Shown here one piece after another: positions 50,578 through 64,000 of a DNA stretch of 64,000 nucleotides (positions within the stretch are counted from its first letter, which is position 1; each line of letters starts with the position of its first letter). The notes under the pieces were generated by a model, which saw only the letters and a list, made by a program, of their open reading frames with translations, searched no databases and was not told where the DNA came from. A program made the translations under genes and the position numbers. The stretch is from Octopus vulgaris (taxonomy: Eukaryota). The stretch is from assembly GCA_951406725.2 (NCBI GenBank), contig OX597833.1:37448001-37512000 (forward strand), in the 5' to 3' direction.

Positions 50578-51540
50578 AGCTGAAGTACTAACAAAATTAG
50601 CAGCAATAATAGCAAGGGCAAGAACAGTGACAGCAAAGGAATAACATCTAAGTTTGAGCCAATGAGAGAATCTGTATGTGGTCATTTAAGAGCTAGAAAC
50701 AATAGCCAAATCTCATCATATCACTTGCAGACCATAGAAAAGGACACACTGGATTCTCTACATATAAGTTAAAAATGAGATGTTCACAGAATGATTTTCA
50801 TCATAGGTTTGCTCCAGTCAGGGCTGACCTAGGGCAAAGCAACAGCTGCAATAATTTTTCTGCATATTCTTGCTCCTTTTCTAACAGGATAAGGATATTT
50901 AGTTGTTAATTTTAGCTAGTCAAGTTATCATATAACAACTTCCTCCATCACATAAACACACCACTTTTCTACTCTAGGTACGAGGCCTGAGATTTTGGGG
51001 AGGGAGTCAGAACAACAACAAACAACAGCAACAACTGCAGCAACTATAAGACTGGAAGTAAAAGATGAGAAGAGTTGTGAGGGACTGGAAAGCAATCAAT
51101 GAATGAAGAAAACTGCTTTTGTAGCAACACTCTTAAAACCCATGGAGACCCATAAAAGAAAGCATGAGGCACATTCTTGTGCATTTACTTGGCATGCAAG
51201 CCTACATTACAATAACCAAGTTCATGTTACCATGTCGTAGGTTACCATGAAAGTCCCTTACAACATGTCTAACTCTTATAAATAGAGCGACAGCATGCAC
51301 TCCTGATGGCTATTAATTTTGAAAAAAGAGACAAATGATTGTAAAAAGTTCATAGGCACAGGAGTGGCTGTGTGGTAAGTAGCTTGCTTACCAACCGCAT
51401 GGTTCCGGGTTCAGTCCCACTACATGGCACCTTGGGCAAATGTCTTCTACTATAGCCTCGGGCCGACCAAAACCTTGTGAGTGGATTTGGAAGACGGAAA
51501 CTGAAAGAAGCCCGTCATATATATGTATGTATATATATAT

Positions 51541-51705
51541 AGGGAGAGTTCACGAAAAAACAAAAGACAAAGACAGGTGGTGTATAAAACAAACAGGAAT
51601 TGAAAAAGTATTTTATGTTTCGAGCCTACGCTCTTCTACAGAAAGGGACACAGAAAAAAACAAGGAGAGTAAAAAAATTTGTGTAGTGGCTACTGATCTA
51701 TCATG
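51541..51705 (-). repeat. Solo pLTR of the intact-PLE family with HHR motif (51611-51645)
   Basis: rc CTTT-CTGTAGA-A-GAGC-GTAG-GCTC-GAAA-CA-T-AAAA...CCACCTG..TTTTG. Confidence 0.82.
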
Positions 51706-51937
51706 CATACATATATGTATGTATGCATATATATATATATATATATACGTATATATATATATGTTCTCTTACTTTATTATTATTATCATCTTATAATCAT
51801 CTCATAATAATGACCTTTATGACTCATATTACTACCTCAGTCAATCTAAATGTATATATTTGTCACTACCTGTCATACTGTCATAAATAGCCTTTTCTAT
51901 CTGCAATATGCATTTTCGTTGATTTTTCATATTTTAC

Positions 51938-52013
<76 letters not shown>

Positions 52014-52016
<3 letters not shown>

Positions 52017-52213
52017 AGGACTTAAACGACATGCAAAGGTACATGAAGCCCAGTTACAACTACAGCCAGCTATTACCAGTAAAGGTTTTAGTTGCCAATT
52101 CTGTACAAGACATTGTAGATCTTTAGCTGGGCTAAAAAGTCACATTCGATCATAGCACCAGTAACAGTTAAGCTTCGTGCAATGGCCATACTCAATAACG
52201 AGGAGGCAGCCAT

Positions 52214-52220
<7 letters not shown>
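52014..52220 (+). mobile_element. RTE-like LINE extreme 3' end with C2H2-type finger
   Basis: FSCQFCTRHCRSLAGLKSHIRS then a short UTR and (ATA)n; bounded by (TA)n on both sides. Confidence 0.65.
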
Positions 52221-52255
<35 letters not shown>

Positions 52256-54039
52256 GTATGTATGTATGTGTGTGTATATATTTGTGTGTCTGTGTTTGTC
52301 TCCTCAACATCGCTTGACAACCGATGCTGGTGTGTTTACGTTCCCGTAACTTAGCGGTTTGGCAAAAGTGACCAATAGAATAAGTACTAGGCTCGATTTG
52401 CTCGACTAAAAGGCGGTGCTCCAGCATTGGCCGCAGTCAAATGCCTGAAACAAGTAAAAGAGTAAAAGAGTAAAAAGAGTAAAGGTATCTATCTCTCCTG
52501 TCAACAACAAATTCAAAGTAATTAATTGTCTTATCTAACAACTCTTTTTACTATTCCAAGAAAAGTTCTTTGTATTGTTGTTTAATCTCTTCACATGCAA
52601 AAGTATTAAGGATATGATATTCACAGCATATATTAGTATATATTTATTACTGAGAAGTTACATTTATTCCCACTTAAGGGTGGATGTTCTGTTAAAACAA
52701 ATTATGCTGCAGTAGATACCACAAGAGAAACTCTCATTAGCTTTTGCTAATTATGATAAATGTTATTAGAAAATGAAACTTTTGAACTTGGTTTTTGTAA
52801 ATTTGACCAAAAGATAGGAAAAGAATAATTGAATCTTCATAAGACAGCTATCCTTCCAATATTTCTGAGTAAAACTGAGTTCAGGATAATTTACAGTTGA
52901 TTCTGAGTAGAGTATATTCTGGAGTTCTTAACAAAATATGGAGAGTCTTTTCATGACTTACAAACACTAAATGTATAAACAACAAACTTTAAACATGATG
53001 ACTCTGAATCATAATTCTTTACCTGTTGAAATAAAGATCAAACAAGTTCTCATCATGTTAGCTTTATTTGCCGCTCACTATCTTTACTATAACCATATTT
53101 CACCTCTGGATACAAGGAGTCCTGGTTAATAAATAACAGATTGCAGATTCTTCAGATTCAATTGGTTCAAAGGTCAAGAACAAAATCAGTTCTGTTGGTA
53201 TCATAGTGTTTCAGTATGTTTCTATCAAACCCCTGGAACAATAAATTCTATTAACTATCCTACACACCTTCAAAATGGAATCAAGTTCCCCATCAGTCAC
53301 TATTCAGAAATACTATTTACTACCCTTCATAAAATGATATACTTGAGGATATACCTAAGTTTTTTCTGATCTTAGCTACATTCTCTGATCAAAATCAGGT
53401 CACTTAAAAATCAGCCTTTAACTGATTCAAGTAACTGGGACTATAGAAAATTAAGAAAAAAGTCATTTAATATAGTTTGTAGAGTTGTCATTTTAGTAAG
53501 AAACTGATTTATAGAGCACTCATATCCTTGTAGTTGAACTCCCAAATGTCACATTGAAAGATTGCTACAGTTAAAAATATAGAATAATACTGGTATACTT
53601 TAAGGAAATTACTACCTGTGCAGTCACTAAAATGATAGTTTTCCTGGAAAGGGCCAAAAGTCTGCATTTATACATCTTATGCTGTGCTATGCTCCTGACA
53701 ACAACTCTAATATCTTAAGAATAAGGATAAGAATGTGCACACCACATCACTGTATGATAAATGTAAATGAATTAGAGGGCTATAAAACATTAATTATGGG
53801 TCTCTGTGTTTACTTTCTCACTATTTTATATTCTCCTAACAATTGTTTATCAGTTTCTATCCTCTTGCTTTCATTTTTATGTCTAGATTGCTTTTGTTCA
53901 GCACATTTTGTGACTTCTGTGCATTTTTTCACATTGGTATGCAGCAGGAGGTGGTGGAGCACCAAATCTTAGCATTTATTTTCTTTGAAATGCTTTTGCT
54001 TGATGGTCTTAATCTTTTCTAAAACTGAGCTGAGTAATA

Positions 54040-54330
54040 TAAATTGAACAGATGTAACATAGTGCTGTTATAAAATAAAACAGTATGTGGCATAGTGTTA
54101 GTATTAAATAGAGCGGCATATGACATATATTAAGTAGTACAATATGTGACATAGCATTAGTATTAAATAGAAGAGTATGTGACATAATGCTTGTATTATA
54201 CAGAAATGTGTGTAACTTAGTATTAAATAAAACATTATGTGATATAGCATTAGTATTAGATAGAGCAGAATGTGACATAGTATTAATATTAAGTAGAGCA
54301 GTATGTGACATAATGTTAGTATCAAATCGA
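54040..54330. repeat. ~33-bp minisatellite, about 9 diverged units
   Basis: Recurring GTATGTGACATAGCATTAGTATTAAATAGAGCA-like unit. Confidence 0.85.
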
Positions 54331-55111
54331 ACTGTTAGCTGACCTATTTGTTAGTATTTAGCAGAATAGTTATGTCAATATTATATAAAGCGTGGAAAGA
54401 GGCAGTATTGTTAAGCTTTCATAAGAACTGGTTGAATCAGTTAAAAATACTGTTTAGTTGTAATTTGTTTAGTATTTGTTAACATGGGATGACTCAGACA
54501 CTGGAAATTTGACCCACACATGACATTTATCTGTAATTTGTGCGTCCTTAAAATTCCAGGAAACATTCAGGTGACTATGAGGTGTGGTTACAATTCTTAT
54601 GGTCAGTTCAACTAAGTGCCATTTTGATTTTGTTGATTGCAAGAGGTTAGCCTGTTATCATGAGTCTGGAATATTCCCCAAAGTATAAAAATAAATGTCC
54701 TAAAGTAAAAGTATAAGAAATACAGTAATAAATACAAAAAGTCACGAGGAATAGTAAAGAAATCTTTCTCTCTCCCTCTCTCTCTCTCTCTCACTTTTAC
54801 TCTGGCTCTCTGTAACTCTTGCTTTCTCCCTTCTTTTTTTCTCACTAACATATACGAGTTTATATATTTAAACCGGTGCATATACAGGTTTAAGTATATA
54901 CTTTATTTCAACCTGCTTGAAGTCTTATCTATTACTGGGTTATCTTAGGTAGAATATTAATTGCAGGGATGGTGTTAAATAATTGCCTTTGTATGTGCAT
55001 GTTGGTGTATGTATGTATGTATGTATGTATGCATGTATGGATTCATGGATGTATGTATGCATGTATGTATGTATGTATGTATGTTTGTATGTATGTATGT
55101 GTATGTATGTG

Positions 55112-55153
<42 letters not shown>

Positions 55154-55162
55154 GTATATATC

Positions 55163-55197
<35 letters not shown>

Positions 55198-55257
55198 GTA
55201 TGTATGTATGTATGTATGTATGTATGTATGTATGTATATATATAATATGTATATATC

Positions 55258-55291
<34 letters not shown>

Positions 55292-55302
55292 TGTATGTAT
55301 GT

Positions 55303-56136
55303 ACAAGGGATAAAAGAATGAAATATGTAAACAACGGGAAACATTTTTTTTTAAAAGAAGGGAGAGAGAAAAACACGTCCGTTCTTTTAAATATCCATGC
55401 AGGAAATGAATGATGGTCACATGAGGAAAAGAAAGATGGATGATGGTCATGTGAGCAATGAGAGAGAGAGAAAGAGAAAAGGAGAAAGAGGGGAGAGAGA
55501 GAGGAGAGAGGGGAGAAAGGAAAGAGGAAGAAAACAGTATACAGTAGAGAGGCGCATCAAAAAGATGAAGATAAACTTACTTGGAAATGGATGTGCCACG
55601 TTCAATTAAATGATAAATAATAGTCTCTCTCACTTTCTCCCATCTTTCTCTTTCTCTCTCTTTCTCATTGCTCACGTGTGACCATCGTCCATCTTTCTTT
55701 TCTTGCATGGATGTTTAAAAGAACGGATGTGTTTTTCTCTCTCCCTTCTATCTTTTCTCTTTTCAAAAAAAATATTTCTCCCAATATTCACTATTTTCCT
55801 CTTGTACTGGTCTAACAACCCTCCATGTTTGTTTGCATTTGGTTTCCTCGTATGTCTCCACTGTCATTTTTTTGTTCCTAACTTTGACCCTCCATAAATC
55901 CTAAATTTTAGTTTAGAATTTATAGGAGCAACTGTCTTTGAAAATTCATATTGTCCTTGAATGCTTGAAATGAGAAGTAGATAGACAGCCAACAACTGAT
56001 GAAGGGTCTTTTCTCTATGTTTACTTCTCCTGTTTCCTATTTTTCCGTTGTTTACGCATTCCATGTTATTTGAACCGTTGGTGATGTCCTGTACCCATAT
56101 ATGCATGTATATATATATGCATGTATATATATATGC

Positions 56137-56140
<4 letters not shown>
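55303..56140. repeat. Locally repeated element fragments (55303-55470 +, ~55640-55770 inverted, ~56050-56110 inverted relative to 57230-57295)
   Basis: AAAACACGTCCGTTCTTTTAAATATCCATGCA and its reverse complement; direct copy at 57301-57470. Confidence 0.8.
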
Positions 56141-56183
<43 letters not shown>

Positions 56184-56464
56184 GCACGTAAAAAGCACCC
56201 AGTACACTCTCGGAGTGGTTGGCGTTAGGAAGGGCATCCAGCTGTAGAAACTTTGCCAGATAAGACCGGAGCCTGGTGCAGCCTCCTGGCTTCCCAGATC
56301 CTCGGTCGAACCGTCCAACCCATGCTAGCATGGAGAACGGACGTTAAACGATGATGATGATGATGATGATGATATATATATATAATATTTATTATTCATT
56401 ATTTAATTAAACGTGACACATCCATTTCCAAGTAAGTATGTGTGTGTGTATACCTATACATATA

Positions 56465-57136
56465 CATCAAGTCATTAAGAATGAAATAACCGATTTTGAA
56501 CTGGAAGTTTATTTTACTTTATCTCAGCAAAAAGCAATGCAGTTAATTAAAGTAGGCACCTAAATTATCAACACAATTTTGCCATTTTGTCGGTAGCTTA
56601 TTTATGCCAGCAGCAAAGATTTCTGAAGAGTAAGAGACAATGAAATCAGAAAAGGCTGTTTTTGCATCTTCAGGTTTTAAGTTTTTTCCTTGCAAAAGTT
56701 GTCTAATGCTTGGAAAACATGATAGTCCGTTGGTGCAAGGTCTGGTGAATATGGTGGATGACAGAGTACTTCTAAGTTCAGTTCCTGTAACTTGAGTAGC
56801 GTTCTTTGTGCAACATGTGGTCGAGCATTGTCTTGCAGAGAATTGGTCTGTCTCTATTGACCTATCTCGGTTGTTTAATTGCAAGTTCATGCATCATTTC
56901 ATCCAACTGGTTGATGTATACATCCACTGTAATTGACTTACCGGGTCTCATGAAGCTCTAGTGGATGACACCAGCGCTGGACCACCAAACAGACACCATT
57001 AGCCCTTTTTTGGTGAATATTATATTTTGATTATGTTTTGGCACTTCGTCTGCTATGCTCCTGACAACAACTCTAATATCTTAAGAATAAGGATAAGAAT
57101 GTGCACACCACATCACACACACACACACACACACAT

Positions 57137-57229
<93 letters not shown>

Positions 57230-57452
57230 TATATACATGCATGTATATATGGGTACAAGATGTCACCAACAGTTCAAATAATATGAAATGCAGAAACAAA
57301 CAAGGGATAAAAGAATGAAATATGTAAACAACGGGAAACATTTTTTTTAAAAGAAGGGAGAGAGAAAAACACGTCCGTTCTTTTAAATATCCATGCAGGA
57401 AATGAATGATGGTCACATGAGGAAAAGAAAGATGGATGATGGTCATGTGAGC

Positions 57453-57518
<66 letters not shown>

Positions 57519-58198
57519 AGATGCTTGCTATTGTTGAAAAGAATCCAATTTTCCTCACATGTAACAATACGATGAAAAAATGGTTCACTTTTAAGTTGTG
57601 ACAGCAAAGAACAGCAAATTTCATGACGTGTCATTTGATGCTCATTCAGTTCATGTGGTACCCACTTGTCTAGCTTCTTTACCTTGCAAATTTGTTTCAG
57701 ATGGTCCAATACAGTTGGAATTGAAACATCAAACCTTGCTGCTAACTCATGCGTAGTTTGAGATGTATCCACTTCAACTACAGCTTCCAGCTCATCATTA
57801 TCCATCTTGGTCTCATGTCTACCACCGGGTTGATTTTCAAGAGTAAAGTCACCAGACCAGAAATTCTCAAACCATCAATGTACAGTGTGCTCATTCACCA
57901 CATCTTCACCAAACACCTCATTGATGTTTCGAGCTGTCTGGGATGCATTGGTTCTACTATGGAACTCATATTCATAAACAACATGAATTTTTTATCCATC
58001 CATGGCTTCACAAAAATTTATTTATAAAAGAAAACTGACAATATAATCAATTACCATGAATTGCATTTCAAAAAGCAATGATGTAACACTTCAATGTTGT
58101 AAAACAAAGAAAGAATTGTCAGAATAAAACATTAGAGTTAATGGCTGTCAAACTTGGTGTATAAGAAAATCGAACATTTCATTCTTAATGACCTGATG
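56465..58198 (-). mobile_element. Mariner (DD34D-type) transposon, full extent but decayed and interrupted
   Basis: TA|CATCAAGTCATTAAGAATGAAAT..CGATTT TIR at both ends; WVPHEL, RIVTCEENWILFNN, HPPYSPDLAPTDYH, GINKLPTKWQNCVDNLGAYFN; insert ~57051-57520. Confidence 0.95.
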
Positions 58199-58254
58199 TA
58201 TATGTGTGTGTGTGTTTATGAATGTATGCATATATATATGTATGTATTTATGAA

Positions 58255-58316
<62 letters not shown>

Positions 58317-58618
58317 CATAAATATATATGCATGTATTTATGTATGAATCTCATTTACATGAATATTTGCTCATCGTCATGGACTGGCGATTCAGTTTGC
58401 ATCCAATTCGGTTCAGTACATGATGGTCATAAGCCACAAAAATGGTGTAACATCAATGTCCATCACTCCTGAATGGGATTCAGGTTGTTTTATCATATTT
58501 GTTCATGACTTTCAGGTGTTTTAACACTCAACACTCTGCTGGAATCATCTCCACTGCACCAAATTGCAGCCTACTCGCAAACATGTGAGGTTAATACATT
58601 TAGTATGTGTGTTTAATA

Positions 58619-58674
<56 letters not shown>

Positions 58675-58680
58675 ACACGC

Positions 58681-58712
<32 letters not shown>

Positions 58713-58718
58713 TTATAT

Positions 58719-58758
<40 letters not shown>

Positions 58759-58798
58759 TGATAATAATAATAAAAAGGAAATTCGTGGTACAGTAAAA

Positions 58799-61700
58799 TA
58801 TATTTGAAAAAATGAGTAGAGATGGCTTTTGAGGAGATAATTTTTCTTTTAATGATAATGTTTACAGTTACTCTAATGAGTTTTGAGCTTTTCGATAGGT
58901 GTTTTTAAACTGAAAATCTGTGGTTTAGAAGGTTGTTTATATAGCAAAAGATTTTTTCTTACAGGCATGCAAGTAAAAAATAAAAATTTAAAGAGTATAA
59001 AAACTAATATAAAAAATAATATAAGAAATAATAAAAGAATACAAAAAGTAAGTAGAACAGCATGTGTGAAAACAGAAAAAGGTAAAATGAAGAAAAAAAT
59101 GGTGGAAGGTAAGAAAACAAAATTGTTTATATAACAAAAGATTTTTTTATTACAAGTACACAAATAAAAAATGAAAATTGAAAATAAAAGATAGAAAAAA
59201 ATAAAGAGTATAAAAACTAATATAAATAATAATAAAAGAATACAAAAAGTAAGTACAACAGCATGTATGAAAAAAGAAGAAAGAAAAAGGAAAAGAGAAA
59301 AAGAAAAAGATGGAAGGTAAGAAGACAAAAAGTAGTTGAAATGGTAGTGAAAAGAGATTAGTCTATCAGGAATAAAGAAATGGAATATTTTAGGAGTGCT
59401 CAAAAACGTTGTTGAGTTCTTGAGGTCATTTCATCCATTTTTCACAATTGGTATGGTGTGCCCTTATTTAGTCACATACACACATACACACACACCCACA
59501 CACCCACACACATACATACACACACACCCACACACCCACACACATACATACACACATACATACATACATAATACATAATACATACATACATACATACATA
59601 CATACAAACATACATACATACATACATACATACATACACATACATCCACATATCTACACATGCGTGTATACATACATCCACACACACACCTGCATCTATG
59701 TACACACATATATACACATACATTCACACATACACCCCCCACACACAAGCACAATTACATACATACACGTCTCCATCTGTATACACATACATAAATATCC
59801 ATGCATACACACACACATAAACACACATATATATAAACACCCTCCACACACATATATACACACATACACATACATATACTCACACATACATATATATGTG
59901 TATACATGCATATGTGTTCACACATACACACATAAGAGGGTGTACATCCTTACAAACTTATATCCCTATATTTTTATGTAAATATACATACCTGCACACA
60001 CATACATACATATATACACACACATATAGGTATTTCCATGCATATATGCACATGCATATATGCACATGCATACATAAGATAGTACAAAAAAGAGAGTATA
60101 CTCATATCAGGTAGATGCAAGTGTCATCAGAAAACAGAATTGGATCTCTTACTCTCAAGGGGCCCAGATGAATTTAACTTCACAGCAAGAAGTGCAAGAG
60201 AAGGCAGCAGTGTCAGATTCTCTCATGCATTGAATGTCAAGTTCTAAGAAAAATTTTTTTAGCCAAGTAAAAAATGTGCATGCCATAAAATCAAATGGCC
60301 GTATCCCTGCATAGTCACAGTTCGTGGGCTGAAACTAGTTCAATTTAATTCAATTCATATATACTTTTCCTTATTCAGGCAGTATTTGGTTGGTGTCTTC
60401 CTGTGGATTGTTGAGACAGTAGTTCTGGTGTGCAATTATTTTTTTGTTCAGTTTTAGCTGATATTTTTGAATAAAATATTTTTCCTTGGCCTTATGAATA
60501 CGTTCGTTTTCTGTCGACAATTTGAAGATAGGGAATATTTTAAATTTTCTTTTTCCTTTTTTTTCAAAATATTTGCTACAGGTTCTTTTTCTAATGGAGG
60601 GGTCATGGATCACTTGTTTGTGTATCCTTACTTTCTCATATAGTCTGATGCCCGTTTCAACAATGTAATATTCCTTGCTACATTGTTTTTTTTATGTTGG
60701 GTGCTTGCAGTCTGCTATAAATTATTTTGGAGTTTGTTATTAATCGGTTCATTCTTGATTAAGGCTGAAGGATTGGGAGGTATCATTTTGCAGTGTTGAT
60801 GATGTGATTTCATGGGTTGTGGGTGATGACAAAAGGAATGCCTATGAGTTAATTTTTATATATATTTTTTGTGTGTTTCTTTTCCTCTGAGGGTTGTGGT
60901 TGGGATGATTTTTGCTTTGGTGATTGCTGTATCAGTTAAACTAGTGGGATATTTTTGTTCCTTTAGAAATATTTTTAATCCCTGTAATCTTGTGTCTCTT
61001 AATTCTGCATCTATTACCATCGTGCAAATTATTTTTGCCATATTAAAGGGTATCCTTTTGATATATGAGGGATGGGAGGAATGAAATTTCAAATGTTGGT
61101 GTGTGTCTGTAGCTTTGTAGAAGAGATCTGTTTTTATAGTGTTATTTTCTTTAATTAGAAGTAAGTCCAAAAATGGTAATTCCATTGTGTTTTGTTCCAT
61201 GGTGAATTTTATTGAAGTGTGTAAGTTGTTTAAAAGTGAGTTAAATATTCTTAAGTCTTCTTAGTTTTGGGTCCAGAATATAAAGTAATCATCTAAATAT
61301 TGTTTCCAATTGTTTTTTTAGATATAAATGGAGAATTGTTCATTAAATGTTTCCGTTAGTTGGGAATAAAGTTTGACCTCTAAGAACCTCATAATGAGTG
61401 TTGCATATGTAGGGGATGCTTTTGTCCCCATTGCTGTTCCTTTTATTTGTAAGTAGAAGTTGTTATCGAAGAAGTGATTATTTTCCAGTATTAATTTTAA
61501 TCCTTCTAAAATGAAGATTTTTGAGAATCTTTCCATGATATGGTTCGGGTGTTTTGTTAACCAGAAGTTTATAGCTTCAATTCCTACATCATGTGAGATG
61601 TTGGTGTATAGACTAGTTACATCGAAACCAACTAGAATTGTATCCTGGTAAACACTTTTAGGTATGTAGTTTAAAAAGTCCATATTGTCCTGGACAAAAC

Positions 61701-63076
61701 TTGGTATCATTTTGCATAAAGGTTTTAGAACTTTATCTGTCAAGTTGCTTAAGTGTTGTGTACTGGATGATGGTCCTGCAGTGATTGGGCCTAGTTTCAG
61801 GTCTCTGGGTTTCAGAATTTGGCATATGTTGAATTGTTTCTTTTATGTTGTCTTGGATTTCTTTTGATTTGTAGATTTTGGGTAATCCATAGAAGATACT
61901 GGTTTTGACTTCGAAATTAGTTAAATAATTAACCTCATTTTAAGTTAGGTTATCACGATATTTTGAGACCAGTCTATGTATCTTGCACATGATATTTCTA
62001 TCATCGTTTTGGTTTAGATTCTTGTAGCAGAAGTGGTGGTTATTGAGTTGTTCCATAAGTATATCTTTGTAATGGTTCTTGTCCATGACAACTATTGCTC
62101 CACCTTAGTCAGCTTCTTTGAAAATTATCGAAGAATCTTTTTTTAACGCTTCCAATTGATCTTTAGATATGTTGGATTTACATTTCCTCTCTGTCATAGT
62201 AGGTTGAGTTGATCATCGTAGGAGGCCAGTATATTCTTCTAAATGTTTGTCTCTATTTGAGGAGAGTCTGAATCCTGTTCTCTTTTTGACCAGTGATTCA
62301 TCTGTGTGTTCAGTATTTAGAAAGAATTCTCTCAAAAGTAAATTTCGGCAAAATTCTTCTGTGACTTTTATAAGTTCAGCTTGGTTGGGTTTTGGAGTGG
62401 GTGTGAATTCCAGTCCATTTTCCAGGAATTTAATTTCTTCTTTAGATAATTTCTTAGTGCATAAATTTATTATTTTCAATTTGCTTATGTGTTTGTTTTC
62501 TAATGTTTTGGGAAGACTGGTGTTATTTTTTTCTTTTTTGGTGGAATATCTCATCTTAAAAAATGGTTTCTGTTGGAGTTGGGAGTGTTTATGTGGTAAT
62601 TTTGCATTTTCTGTATGTGAATATTTGCGGTTGGTTATTCGTGGGTAAATAGGTTCTTACTTGTTGGATTGGGGGATTGAATCATTATTTTAATGTTGTT
62701 CCATCTGGTTTGTTTGGGTCTATGATTTGGTGTTGGAAGAGTTCTATTTGTTCTTTGGTTGGGATTGTAAGTCCTCTTATTTCTTGTTATATCTGCATAT
62801 GATTGTAAATTTGTGTTTCTTAGAGGACTGTGGTATCTTTGTCTGTTTTGTGGGAAAATTTCCTTTCTTTTGGTGGTGTTTTGAGGTCTTAATGGTTGTG
62901 GTATTAGGTTGGTGTTTAGGTTTTATCTGGTTTTTACCATAGTTGGTAAACCACAGAATTTTAGTTTGAAAATGGCTATCAAAAAGCTTGAAACTCATTA
63001 GAGTAACTGTAAATGTTATCGTTGAAATAAAAATTATTGCCCCAAAAGCCATCTTTACTCATTTTTTCAAATATAT
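58799..63076 (-). mobile_element. Decayed Penelope-like element with inverted terminal pLTR segments (58799-58928 / 62947-63076)
   Basis: Broken ORF 62554->60371: IINLCTKKLSKEEIKFLENGLEFTPTP, GFDVTSLYTNI, QIKGTAMGTKASPTYA, ELPFLDLL, FHSSHP, KEKYFIQKYQLKLN; HHR relic TAGT-TTGAAAA-TGGCT..AGCTT-GAAA-CTC-ATTA-GAG-TA-ACTG at 62962-63009(+), homolog at 58865-58912(-). Confidence 0.9.
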
Positions 63077-63104
63077 ATATATATATATATATAGAAAGAT
63101 AGAG

Positions 63105-63215
<111 letters not shown>

Positions 63216-63534
63216 GAGGGAGAGAGAGAGAGAAAGAGAGAGAGAGAATGTAAGATTCAAGGACTGAGGTGTATGAAGAACATGAGTTTCAAGCAATCTG
63301 TAGAAATATAAAAAAAAACAACTTTCAGGAACAATAGTGCGTTATTGGGTTGGAAGGTTGTGGGTTATTCTTCCATATTGAAGTACGATAAACTGAAAAA
63401 AATTATATTTTATATTTCATGGTAGACAACCAGAGTTTCCCAGTATGTGAATAGTGAGGGGAACCTTGGAAGTTGTAAATATCCAAGCGAGGTGTAAAAT
63501 GCAGGCTACTCTTCAATCATATATATACATATAT

Positions 63535-63680
63535 GATTGGCTTGTTTCAGTTTCCAGCAACCAAATTCACTCACAAGAGTTAGTTGGCCCAGTGCTATAG
63601 TAGACAACACATGCCCAAGGTGCCTACTTATGGGACTGAACCAAAAGCTAGATGGTTCGAAGGCAACCTTCTTAGCCAAA
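63535..63680 (-). mobile_element. Diverged SINE A 5' half
   Basis: TTTCAGTTTCC..ACCAAATTCACTCACAAG..TGCCCAAGGTGCC..TGGGACTGAACC. Confidence 0.75.
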
Positions 63681-64000
63681 CATTAGTTTATATTACCTAT
63701 TGTCTTTATGTGTGTTTACTGGTTGTAAACAAAAGCCTCACTGTTCATACAAACAGTTGTGTTTGTTTGCAGTGTTCTCTCAACACATGTCCAAGCTTCA
63801 TGACATGTCTTGATATGTGGTGTATCTTTCTAAACAAGAAATTAATTCAAATAGTGTCATTTATTTCCAGTTCTTCTTTGCTGAACTATGCCTGGGCTGT
63901 TCATTGTCTAATAGAGTAGGAGGTTATTAACTTGATTGGAAACAGATAAGGGCTGGCATTAGAATGGGCCCCAATCCAAAGAAACTTTATCCAATGTAGA

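Larger units (their letters stand above)
51353..52483 (+). mobile_element. SINE family A split at its (TA)n by nested inserts
   Basis: 5' half 51353-51520, 3' half 52280-52483. Confidence 0.85.

Noticed and set aside
52016-52155. C2H2 zinc-finger host gene exon
   Set aside because: Single finger ending at a stop, short tail, bounded by (TA)n inside a split SINE; better explained as an RTE LINE 3' end.
55960-56020. CTGATGA-AGGG motif suggestive of a hammerhead
   Set aside because: No downstream stem II closure with GAAA and no convincing stem I/III in any permutation.
60090-60135. Minus-strand CTGATGA downstream of the decayed PLE ORF
   Set aside because: No matching GAAA or stems.

Overview
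Repeat-saturated, AT-rich metazoan genomic DNA. The microsatellite load and SINE repertoire suggest a coleoid cephalopod, probably Octopus (inference). I can support no host protein-coding exon; nearly all short ORFs are microsatellite or SINE artefacts. The centrepiece is an apparently intact Penelope-like retroelement (PLE) at 43551-48263: one 966-aa RT + GIY-YIG ORF with a Neptune-type Cys linker, flanked by 303-bp direct pseudo-LTRs that each carry a minimal hammerhead ribozyme (HHR) motif. Across the window I count 13 HHR-like motifs from about 6 sequence families. Several have recurring non-canonical cores (CUGUnGA; CCGAnGA). One lies in a young, non-coding, 508-bp permuted unit with 121-bp direct repeats (18676-19304), a candidate retrozyme or mini-PLE. 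Also present: 3-4 decayed PLEs; RTE, CR1 and R4-like LINE fragments; Tigger, mariner and maT/rosa-like relics; hAT, piggyBac-like and Tc2-like non-autonomous elements with TSDs; a Helitron whose empty site is visible in the window; several long foldback hairpins; and about 30 SINE copies. Coordinates were read by eye, so boundaries of decayed elements are approximate.
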